DNA from: Candidatus Bathyarchaeota archaeon | GTDB taxonomy: Archaea > Thermoproteota > Bathyarchaeia > Bathyarchaeales > Bathycorpusculaceae | Length of the DNA: 64,000 nucleotides | Reading direction: 5' to 3' | Assembly: GCA_963715865.1 (NCBI GenBank) | Contig: OY970280.1 | Coordinates: 1,632,001 to 1,696,000, forward strand | Made by a program: the position numbers and the translations under genes | Notes under the pieces: model-generated | Database searches by the model: none | Seen by the model: only the letters and a program-made list of their open reading frames with translations | What the model was told of the DNA's origin: nothing | Shown here: positions 49,438 to 56,931 of the stretch, one piece after another | Layout of the letters: each line of letters opens with the position of its first letter | Position numbering within the stretch: position 1 is the first letter of the stretch

Positions 49438-49605
49438 TTAACCCTCCGTAAATACGCGACCGTTCTCTTCAGCCAAATCCATCAATTCTTTGCGTTTAGC
49501 AGCTTCCTTAAGGCGTCTATCACATGGTCCACAATAATTAACAAACCGAGAAACGACGTCACCGCATTCTCGGCAGTGATGATGCTCAGGGACGCCTTCA
49601 GCCAA
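49438..49605 (-). CDS. 55-aa zinc-finger protein (not in ORF track), candidate recombination directionality factor
   Basis: MAEGVPEHHHCRECG...NYCGPCDRRLKEAAKRKE; overlaps RAMP stop, ends 1 nt before integrase start. Confidence 0.7.
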   Translation of the reverse strand: MAEGVPEHHHCRECGDVVSRFVNYCGPCDRRLKEAAKRKELMDLAEENGRVFTEG

Positions 49606-50248
49606 CAGTTTCACCTAACTCGCCTTTTGGACCTACAGAAGAATCCACGGTGACGGCGGCGCCTTCAGCGGCAGCTACTTCTTGACCATCATAGGTGAAG
49701 CTGACAACTTCGAAAGTTCCAAACGAGCCCTTATGCTGAGGCCTATAATCCAGCAAACCCATCCGGACACCCGCATCTTCCAAAATTTCTTTCAGCGTAG
49801 CCTCGATGCCTTCAGGCAGCCACTTAACATTATAGACAAGCCTAAACTTTGCACTCCATTGCAATAGTTTCGCTCTGCCTTTAAGAACCCGCTGCGACTG
49901 AATCACAACCGCCCGCTCATCAACCACGTACTGATCCGTACCCAAAGGAATCTTCTCAGGCTCCACACGCATCGTACCAGCAAGCAAACTCGAAAGCGAA
50001 ACCCTATGAACCCTGTACTGCTTAGCCGTATTGATAAGCATGCTCTGCACGCATTCCTGAGGAATGTAAAGCTGGTTTTTGCCGTTGATCACTGCCATGT
50101 AAGCGCTGTTCTTTGCATCGTTCTCTGTACTATAGTTCTGCGTCTTCATTTTACTTTTACTTTTCAAACTTTCCGGATTCAACCGGTTCATTAGCAAGGG
50201 CGTTAAGCCCTTAATTTCAACATCTATTTTTTTAAAGTTTTGACTCAT
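49598..50248 (-). CDS. Stand-alone Cas7/RAMP-like protein
   Basis: N-terminal strand IKGLTPLLMN, LYIPQECVQSML (YIP-SxKG-like), C-terminal Gly-rich loop GVRMGLLDYRPQHKGSFGTFEV. Confidence 0.75.
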   Translation of the reverse strand: MSQNFKKIDVEIKGLTPLLMNRLNPESLKSKSKMKTQNYSTENDAKNSAYMAVINGKNQLYIPQECVQSMLINTAKQYRVHRVSLSSLLAGTMRVEPEKIPLGTDQYVVDERAVVIQSQRVLKGRAKLLQWSAKFRLVYNVKWLPEGIEATLKEILEDAGVRMGLLDYRPQHKGSFGTFEVVSFTYDGQEVAAAEGAAVTVDSSVGPKGELGETVG

Positions 50249-51288
50249 TTTTGTAACCTCACGTTACCATACCTGAGAGCACTGTAGCTAACGGCGCCCC
50301 GCCTTCCCTCACTAAACCAAAATAGCGGCTTACCATGCCTCACAATACATCGCATCACCAAGCCAGGCATCACTGAACTCAACCTAACTGGACACCGCAA
50401 AACATGACCTAACCGCGATGATACCAAGGAATACCACGCATTACGCGACAGGACAGTACCAAGCCAAACTTGACCCCGCCTTAATAACGCCAAAGAACAC
50501 TTCGCCTTGCTGTACCTCACCACTGCTAACCACAATGAAAGCAAAGATTGCAGCAACCGTGCCAAACCGCAACTCACAAAACCCCGCTTGACATTGCCAA
50601 ACCTCAATAAAACCATGCCAAGCCTTGCATAACCGTACTTCACAGGACCAAACTTCGCCACGCCGTAGAGTGCCTCGCGACTCCAAGCCACGCAACGCCG
50701 TAATAACGCCAAACCATGCAAAACCATACCGTGCAGTACACCAACCCGCTCCACGATACCAAACAGGGCCTCTCCAAACCACGATAACACTTTACCACAC
50801 AAAACCAAGCCCCGCACCACAGATCCCCACGCAACGCAACAGGACCTCGCTAAGCCACAATAGCACCTAACCGTAGAGAACAAAGCACCACTTGACCCAA
50901 CAGAACCGGACTCCACTCCGCTACACCATAATAAAAGCTTGGCTTGCCTTGCTTCACCCAACCGGACCGTTCCCTGCCATAATGAAAGCTTAGAGAAACT
51001 ATCCTCGCAAAGCCGTACCTTACGATACCTAACCGGACAGGACAGAATAGTGCCATGCAATACTAAACCTCGCAACGCCTCAATAATAGCAAACCTAGCA
51101 AACCTTACTTTACTCAACCTAGCAGTACAGGGCCTCACAAGACCTAGAAACACAAGACCAGACCTAAGAATACACTGCCGGGCACCACTACACACCACAG
51201 GACCATACCTGACATCAATAGCGCCACACCTTACCTTAGAGGACCGGGCAACACCGCATCTTACCCCACGACACTTGACCCTAAACAT
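50245..51288 (-). other. Stop-free 347-codon ORF spanning the whole array
   Basis: ATG at 51288 overlaps ParB-like stop; TGA overlaps RAMP ATG (ATGA); G/R/V/L/C-rich low-complexity product. Confidence 0.55.
50256..51282 (-). ncRNA. Pentameric NN-GGY repeat array, putative multi-guide RNA precursor
   Basis: ~185-190 in-phase 5-mers (plus strand RCC-nn, e.g. gccgt acctt acgat accta accgg acagg), 12 AT-rich separators, directly upstream of RAMP gene. Confidence 0.8.
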
Positions 51289-52033
51289 GAAAACGCAACC
51301 TCTCAAAATCCAAATGCGCCCGATTAACCAACTCTTTAATGACAGGATCATCCAGCGGAAAACGCCCCGACTCCGCCAGACTACAAAACAGCACCAAAGC
51401 GTTCTTCAGCTCCACAAGCTCACGGCCACTCAAACCAGGCTGAACCTTCCCATTCTTGGAATCCACATGAAACCGCTTGCCGCATGGCGCCGTCAAAGTC
51501 ACAATAGGCGCAGCAGACTCACGGTAAATCTCAGCAGCCGGAACATGCACAAGCGCCACGATATCTTTCACGTCAAATTTGAACTTTTTAAGCCGAGCAA
51601 TGTTATCCTTAAGCTCCACGTCGCTGAAACCCTTGCCATGGCCACTATTAAGCCTCACCGCCTCAGCAAACAACTCAGCCTCACTAGAAAACGGCAACTC
51701 AGAACATTCCGCATACTCAACCTTGCGAAGCTTCCGAGAACTAAACCGATGAACACCATCAACAAGAATCTTCTGACCCTTGAAAACGCCAACCTTCAAA
51801 GTTGGAAAAACACAACCCGCATCCAAAGCCCTGGCATAATTTTCAACAACCCTCTGATCAATCTCCTTACGCGGATAAAGACTCCAATCAAAAACCAGAT
51901 CAGCAAGCTTCTCAATACGAACTGGCGCCCTATCCCAATCCTTAAACGCAAAACCAGCAGCTGGCTTAACCTCAACGCTCTTTTGCGGAGCAGGCGGCAT
52001 ATAAACAACTTTACCAGCAACAGGAGACTTCAA
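51281..52033 (-). CDS. ParB/Srx-like domain protein
   Basis: LYPR, ILVDGVHR, AVRLNSGHG motifs. Confidence 0.8.
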   Translation of the reverse strand: MKSPVAGKVVYMPPAPQKSVEVKPAAGFAFKDWDRAPVRIEKLADLVFDWSLYPRKEIDQRVVENYARALDAGCVFPTLKVGVFKGQKILVDGVHRFSSRKLRKVEYAECSELPFSSEAELFAEAVRLNSGHGKGFSDVELKDNIARLKKFKFDVKDIVALVHVPAAEIYRESAAPIVTLTAPCGKRFHVDSKNGKVQPGLSGRELVELKNALVLFCSLAESGRFPLDDPVIKELVNRAHLDFERLRFHV

Positions 52034-52242
52034 CTAGACGCCTCCAGCTTTGGCTTTTTCAACGGTATAAAAACAACCGGGTGCTTATCCAACCGACTAA
52101 AAATACACCTGTAACCCTCAGCTTCAAGGGCAGTCTTCCAAGCAGCATCGAACTCTGGCTTCTGAATAACTAGGCACTCTCCATACGGCGTCACATCTTT
52201 AGGCGGACCAAAACGCGACTTAAGCTCATCAACCGAAACCAT
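52030..52242 (-). CDS. Viral hypothetical protein
   Basis: 70 aa, GGAGG RBS, coupled overlaps. Confidence 0.7.
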   Translation of the reverse strand: MVSVDELKSRFGPPKDVTPYGECLVIQKPEFDAAWKTALEAEGYRCIFSRLDKHPVVFIPLKKPKLEASS

Positions 52243-52422
52243 CTAAGCCGGAACCTCCAATGAGCCAAAAAATAAATCATGCCTCTTTTTTTTGAGAAGT
52301 TTAACTGTGTTCCTTAATGCTTTGTTGTCTTTGTGAAGCTGTGATATCAAGTTGCAGTTATCTTTGATGCTACTATTGATAATTGCCAAGTCTTTGCTGA
52401 TTTGCTGCAATTCCTCAGTCAA
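52243..52422 (-). CDS. 59-aa coiled-coil viral protein (not in ORF track)
   Basis: MTEELQQISKDLAIINSSIKD...; TTGA overlap with upstream stop; GGAGG RBS. Confidence 0.6.
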   Translation of the reverse strand: MTEELQQISKDLAIINSSIKDNCNLISQLHKDNKALRNTVKLLKKKRHDLFFGSLEVPA

Positions 52423-52781
52423 ACAGAAACCTCCAAAGGTTTTTTCGCAAATAAGACTTCATTCGGCATGTAGAGGCCAGCCGTTGCAGCAACAACCTTA
52501 GGCACCCCATCCTCATAATAGGAACTGCACGCGCTTTCGTTTACGCGGCGATCCCACCAACGCTTCTCATGAACCCTGTAAGGCCAACGCCTACAATCAC
52601 GCAGCACAGCAATCCTGCTGCAAACCTCCAAGTAAATCTGCCTTAAACTAACCGGCTGCGAAGGCATACCCATCTTGCTCAGGATATCGCTTTTCTGCCT
52701 GTGCAAACTAAAGATCACTTCACGAATCAACTGCCTGAGAATCCGCAAGCTCCCGGCTTTCAGCAGGCCTACCCTGAGCAC
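52419..52781 (-). CDS. Viral hypothetical protein (possible wHTH)
   Basis: 120-aa ORF in operon; start uncertain. Confidence 0.55.
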   Translation of the reverse strand: MLRVGLLKAGSLRILRQLIREVIFSLHRQKSDILSKMGMPSQPVSLRQIYLEVCSRIAVLRDCRRWPYRVHEKRWWDRRVNESACSSYYEDGVPKVVAATAGLYMPNEVLFAKKPLEVSV

Positions 52782-52811
52782 GCCAACCAGCCGCCTTATA
52801 GGTTTGCTCGC

Positions 52812-53042
52812 TCATTTCTCAGGTCCCTCTATGATTTTGTCTAGTTTCTTCTGAGCGTAAGCTTCAATCCTGACAGTAACATTATGCCCTAACGGGTACT
52901 CCTGGTACAGTGCGGAACTCTCGCTCTTAATAGACAACTTCATTTTCGGGTCACTGCATTCCAGCGTAACCTTGAACACTGGCAATTCAGCGGCGTTCTG
53001 GCTTTTCGTATGACTGCGTACAATCATGTCATATTCAGTCAA
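52812..53042 (-). CDS. Viral hypothetical protein
   Basis: 76 aa, overlapping neighbours. Confidence 0.65.
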   Translation of the reverse strand: MTEYDMIVRSHTKSQNAAELPVFKVTLECSDPKMKLSIKSESSALYQEYPLGHNVTVRIEAYAQKKLDKIIEGPEK

Positions 53043-53895
53043 GCTTCTTCACCTCTGTTTTTCTCGGTTTATTTTGTAAGCGATAGAACTCTCTGATTTT
53101 TTCAAAGATTACATTACGCAACTTGGCATCGACAGCATCGCGCTCAGGCTTCCACTTGGCATCGACAGCATCGAGCTCAGCGTTCCACTTGGCATAGACA
53201 GCATCGCGCTCAGGCTTCCACTTGGCATCGACAGCATCGCGCTCAGGCTTCCACTTGGCATCGACAGCATCGCGCTCAGGCTTCCACTTGGCATAGACAG
53301 CATCGCGCTCAGCGTTCCACTTGGCATAGACAGCATCGCGCTCAGGCTTCCACTTGGCATCGACAGCATCGAGCTCAGCGTTCCACTTGGCATAGACAGC
53401 ATCGCGCTCAGCGTTCCACTTGGCATAGACAGCATCGCGCTCAGGCTTCCACTTGGCATAGACAGCATCGAGCTCAGCGTTCCACTTGGCATAGACAGCA
53501 TCGAGCTCAGGCTTCCACTTGGCATCGACAGCATCGAGCTCAGCGTTCCACTTGGCATAGACAGCATCGAGTTCAGCGTAATATCTCAACAAAAGCTCTT
53601 TTGAAATGCCGTTAGGATCTTGATTCTTTAGCAACCGCACAGATCGACAAACACATTTCTTGTTCTCATCACTCCAAGCCTCAATTCCATAAGCCTCAGC
53701 GAAAAACACTTGACAATCAGAGTTAAGCCAGTCCCGTGGGTCCATCGTTAAATGAAAACCCCGACTGCACATCGACAAATTGCCTTTCACAATATATTTC
53801 TTGCCAAGCTTCCAGGTCTGATGACCACCGTTGTAGCTCTGCATGTTCCGCAGGACTTTGAAAAGAATCACAGGTTTTTCTTTTTTATCAGTCAT
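53035..53895 (-). CDS. Viral protein with globular N-terminus and 11-aa tandem repeats
   Basis: GNLSMCSRGFH...KCVCRSVRL N-domain; E(L/R)DAV(Y/D)AKW(NA/KP) x13.7. Confidence 0.85.
   Translation of the reverse strand: MTDKKEKPVILFKVLRNMQSYNGGHQTWKLGKKYIVKGNLSMCSRGFHLTMDPRDWLNSDCQVFFAEAYGIEAWSDENKKCVCRSVRLLKNQDPNGISKELLLRYYAELDAVYAKWNAELDAVDAKWKPELDAVYAKWNAELDAVYAKWKPERDAVYAKWNAERDAVYAKWNAELDAVDAKWKPERDAVYAKWNAERDAVYAKWKPERDAVDAKWKPERDAVDAKWKPERDAVYAKWNAELDAVDAKWKPERDAVDAKLRNVIFEKIREFYRLQNKPRKTEVKKLD
53122..53574 (-). repeat. 33-bp coding tandem repeat, 13 full plus 1 partial copy
   Basis: 453 bp = 13x33 + 24. Confidence 0.95.
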
Positions 53896-54131
53896 GCTGG
53901 CGGCGCCTCCAAATCAGGAACCCGTTTATCAATCAAACTCTTAGTCGCAGCACTGGCCTGCATTTCAACTTCACGACGCCACGCCTCCAACTCCTGCAGC
54001 CGACCCTCATGATCAGCCCTGCCACGCTTCAACTCAGCAACTTCACCGCACAAACGCTCAAAACAACCGCCCAAACCTTCCAGCGCACGCTTAAACGCAA
54101 CAGCAACATGTTTCGCAAATTTTTCGCTCAA
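53892..54131 (-). CDS. Viral coiled-coil hypothetical protein
   Basis: 79 aa, coupled overlaps. Confidence 0.65.
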   Translation of the reverse strand: MSEKFAKHVAVAFKRALEGLGGCFERLCGEVAELKRGRADHEGRLQELEAWRREVEMQASAATKSLIDKRVPDLEAPPA

Positions 54132-54268
54132 GAAACAGCCTCCTTTTTGTCCTTGCTGAAGGAATCCACAAGCTTAGGCTTACATTTGCCGAACGGAACA
54201 TCCACGCACCGGACACCTGGATTATCAGCGCAAAAGAGCAGTTGCGGATCCAACTTTTCACAAACCAC
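54128..54268 (-). CDS. 46-aa Cys-containing viral protein (not in ORF track)
   Basis: GGAGG then GTG; VCEKLDPQLLFCADNPGVRCVDVPFGKC; TTGA overlap. Confidence 0.55.
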   Translation of the reverse strand: MVCEKLDPQLLFCADNPGVRCVDVPFGKCKPKLVDSFSKDKKEAVS

Positions 54269-54588
54269 GCCTACAGCCTCCTAACAGGCCTACGCTTACG
54301 CCAAAGCCAAGGAGGGCTACCGTTCTTGTTTAGGAAGCAATTTGAGGGGGAGAGAAGAGCAATAAAACCAGCTCGAGGCTTAAAACTAAACTTCCCAAAA
54401 GCAAATCCTTCAAAAAGCCTAATCCCCAAGGTATTAGCCCTCCTGCTTGCAACCTTGCAAAAGTAGATGCTCTATTACCTCAGGAATCGTACGATTCGTA
54501 TTTTCCGCGATTTTTTCAAGTTTACCATAAATAGCATCTTTTACGGTTATGCTTCTATAGCCTTCTCGTGGCATTCACCTATCTCCTT

Positions 54589-54678
54589 GAATGTACTCTA
54601 TTGTACCGTACCATATATAAGATTTGGGTACATTCTGGTACATGAAATAACGTTTATATAGAATGTACGGTACATTCT
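54589..54678. promoter_or_regulatory. Divergent promoter/operator region
   Basis: Perfect inverted repeat AGAATGTAC-G-GTACATTCT (54660-54678), further half-sites at 54589 and 54628, TATA-like boxes on both strands. Confidence 0.7.
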
Positions 54679-54692
54679 GTTTTGACACAATC

Positions 54693-54878
54693 ATGCCAAG
54701 AATAGGATACAAAAGTATAACCGTACCTAACGATGTTTACGAGTTTTTCAAAAATGAATGGTTAAAAAACAAAGATCAACTACGCCGAAGAGGAATCCGT
54801 AGTTTCTCTGGGTATGTTACTTCTCGTCTTAATCAATTAATGGAAGAAGAAGAGAAGAAACGTAATGAAGAAACGTAA
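54693..54878 (+). CDS. RHH/antitoxin-like DNA-binding protein, candidate repressor
   Basis: GYKSITVPNDVY...GIRSFSGYV; divergent from early operon. Confidence 0.75.
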   Translation: MPRIGYKSITVPNDVYEFFKNEWLKNKDQLRRRGIRSFSGYVTSRLNQLMEEEEKKRNEET

Positions 54879-54958
54879 TCACTAACACTCACATTAAGGT
54901 CTTCAGCTCTCTGTGCTAATTTACGGTAAACTTCTCTTGAAACAAATAATTTCTTCAA
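54833..54958 (-). CDS. 41-aa RHH (CopG-like) protein (not in ORF track)
   Basis: MKKLFVSREVYRKLAQRAEDLNVSVSDYVSSL: strand-helix-helix pattern. Confidence 0.55.
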   Translation of the reverse strand: MKKLFVSREVYRKLAQRAEDLNVSVSDYVSSLRFFSSSSIN

Positions 54959-55140
54959 ACAGACTCTTAGCGCAAAAATACATCAAAACCCTATATAAAA
55001 CCAATCCCAAAACAACCATCCAGCACAGTGGAGGGTGCACTGAAAGTAAAATTACCACGTACATTGTAGGTTTCGGAATCCAATCCAAGCCACTTTAAAA
55101 GCACCTTCGGAATCAATTCCAAACTACGTATATTCAAGCC

Positions 55141-55998
55141 CTAAGATGTACGTGGTAAACTTGGCGGAAAAAGCAACGTTTGAATTTGCTTACCGTACTT
55201 CACAGCCATGGCTGTCTTGATTTCTTGATATTCAGCAGGATCCAAGGAAGTTCCGCAGCACGGACAAATCGGCGTACCCTCCGGAATAGTTTCGGGTACC
55301 ATAATTTTTTTAGGTTTAGGCTCTGTAGACGATGTAACCGATGTAGACGATGTGGGAATTCCCTCTTTTTTGCTGTCGGATATCTCACTACTGGAAGTAA
55401 CCCTATGCACTTCCTCTTCTCGCGCTGTCTCATACTTTGATTTTAGCGCCTCCGAGATTTTTCCCGATGTCTCACTCTTAAGTTCTTGAGGCATGTACTT
55501 GTAAATTGTTTTTTTACTAATGCCTGTGACTTTAGCGATTTCTTCAGGCTTCAACCCGGCCTTAACAAGAAAAGTTACGCGCTGCGCAATCTCTTCAGGC
55601 GAAACTTTGCGCCTGTTAAAATTAGCCGCCAACATAGCTAACTGAAGCTTAACAGGCGTATCAATTTGAGGCCTCACTTCAGTATGCCACTTCGGGTTTT
55701 CCCCCAGCCTATGGAAACCATCAATAACATTCCCATGCGCATCCATCAACACCGGATACAGTTCGCCAAGCCCTTCACCTGATGTGGCAAGACTGTAAGG
55801 CGCTTCCTCATCCGCTTTCGGCTCTTCTACCTCTTCTACCGCCTCTACCTTCTCTACTTCCTCTACCTCAGTTTCTTCAAGTGCCTGTTGAGTCAGGGGC
55901 GCAGGAACAGGCCCATAATGACTATGCGACCAATGAAGTCTATACTCAAGCCCTGAATCAAAAACCCTATGGCATTTGGGACAAGCAACCTTACCCAT
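55141..55998 (-). CDS. C2H2 Zn finger + ParB-like + HTH protein
   Basis: CPKC...HWSHSH; VIDGFHRL; KPEEIAKVTGISKKTIYKY; C-terminal CPCC. Confidence 0.8.
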   Translation of the reverse strand: MGKVACPKCHRVFDSGLEYRLHWSHSHYGPVPAPLTQQALEETEVEEVEKVEAVEEVEEPKADEEAPYSLATSGEGLGELYPVLMDAHGNVIDGFHRLGENPKWHTEVRPQIDTPVKLQLAMLAANFNRRKVSPEEIAQRVTFLVKAGLKPEEIAKVTGISKKTIYKYMPQELKSETSGKISEALKSKYETAREEEVHRVTSSSEISDSKKEGIPTSSTSVTSSTEPKPKKIMVPETIPEGTPICPCCGTSLDPAEYQEIKTAMAVKYGKQIQTLLFPPSLPRTS

Positions 55999-56223
55999 CT
56001 ACAACGCCTCCGCAATTATCGCAAGAGCCTTAACGTTCCGGTCATAATGACCCTCAAAAGCTTCTGTCTTGCCCTGAAAGACCCGATTAAGCTTTTCGCG
56101 CAACGGATCATAAGGCGGCAGCCGAACCACATTCCGATCATTGATGTTGTAAAACTTCTTGCCATTCCAACTGAACTCCAATAGCCACGGCGCCACCTTG
56201 CTCTTACGCAAAAACATCTTCAT
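55999..56223 (-). CDS. Viral hypothetical protein
   Basis: 74 aa, abuts ParB-like gene. Confidence 0.6.
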   Translation of the reverse strand: MKMFLRKSKVAPWLLEFSWNGKKFYNINDRNVVRLPPYDPLREKLNRVFQGKTEAFEGHYDRNVKALAIIAEAL

Positions 56224-56345
56224 AGCCCAGCCTCCCCACTATACCTTACCCAAGAGCAACCAGAACATTTCCTTCCAGGACGCCTAGCTAAAGTCGGCGG
56301 ATTCTGCGGACAATAAGTAGCGGTGCAGATTGGCCGCTGCTTCAC
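56220..56345 (-). CDS. 41-aa Cys-rich viral protein (not in ORF track)
   Basis: ICTATYCP...KCSGC; GTGA and ATGA overlaps at both ends. Confidence 0.55.
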   Translation of the reverse strand: MKQRPICTATYCPQNPPTLARRPGRKCSGCSWVRYSGEAGL

Positions 56346-56500
56346 CATAAACCCAACCCCTTAACACCCTTCAAGCTTGCCAGAGTTTTTTCCGTTCGAT
56401 CTAAGACTGCGCTTCGGTTAACTGAATCAATCACAGAACCCTTGTAGATCTGTACCGTGTAAAAGTTTGCGCGGTAATCGATTTTTGCTTGAGTGTTCAT
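56342..56500 (-). CDS. 52-aa viral protein (not in ORF track)
   Basis: MNTQAKIDYRANFYTVQIYKG...; first gene after divergent promoter. Confidence 0.5.
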   Translation of the reverse strand: MNTQAKIDYRANFYTVQIYKGSVIDSVNRSAVLDRTEKTLASLKGVKGLGLW

Positions 56501-56516
56501 TTTGCTTATTCCTCAC

Positions 56517-56564
56517 GTAACTGTAATAGTCACAGTAAGATATAAACGTGACGGTGACAGTTAC
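56517..56564. promoter_or_regulatory. Second divergent promoter with inverted repeat around a TATA box
   Basis: gtaactgt-n4-gtcac ... gtgac-n4-acagttac flanking atataaa. Confidence 0.55.
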
Positions 56565-56602
56565 ATTTAAATATTAAGCAACACATGATACCTTGAGGAA
56601 AA

Positions 56603-56782
56603 ATGAGACAATACATACTAACACCGCAAGAGAGAGAAATCATCAAAAAATACCTAGAAACAGGCGAAAAGCATGTCTGGTTCAGAATGCTACTATCCAG
56701 GTGTCGCCACATGGAAATCGTGCAAGAAGACCTGCAGTTAATTGAGCAATTCCTCAAAAAAACAGAAGGCGGAAAACCGTGA
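56603..56782 (+). CDS. 59-aa helical putative DNA-binding protein (not in ORF track)
   Basis: MRQYILTPQEREIIKKYLETGEK...; GAGG RBS. Confidence 0.65.
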   Translation: MRQYILTPQEREIIKKYLETGEKHVWFRMLLSRCRHMEIVQEDLQLIEQFLKKTEGGKP

Positions 56783-56931
56783 CGTTAAAAACAATCAATG
56801 TTTATTTGCGAATAATCGCTTTTATGGCGTTCGATATGCTTATGTTCCCAGATTTAACGGTTAAATTGTTTTGGCGTGTACTTCACAATGATATTCCATA
56901 GAAAAAAAAGCAGGAAATAGGCGAATAAAAA

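Noticed and set aside
50256-51282. Array as a conventional CRISPR array or simple microsatellite
   Set aside because: No 25-40-bp identical repeats with unique spacers; the NN positions are too diverse and the separators too regular for slippage-derived satellite DNA.
50256-51282. Self-targeting of decoded guide blocks within this window
   Set aside because: A spot check of one block (CC.CC.CC.AT.AA.GG against 32550) failed and a full gapped search cannot be done by eye; no target is claimed.
50441-52114. Other ORFs over the array and ParB gene (50441-50782, 50625-50870, 50640-50834, 50850-51056, 50939-52114 +, 51796-52020)
   Set aside because: Shadow frames of a strand-biased repeat or antisense to a real gene; no coupling or RBS support.
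53109-53567. Alternative-frame ORF MLSMPSG repeats
   Set aside because: Frame shadow of the 33-bp repeat.
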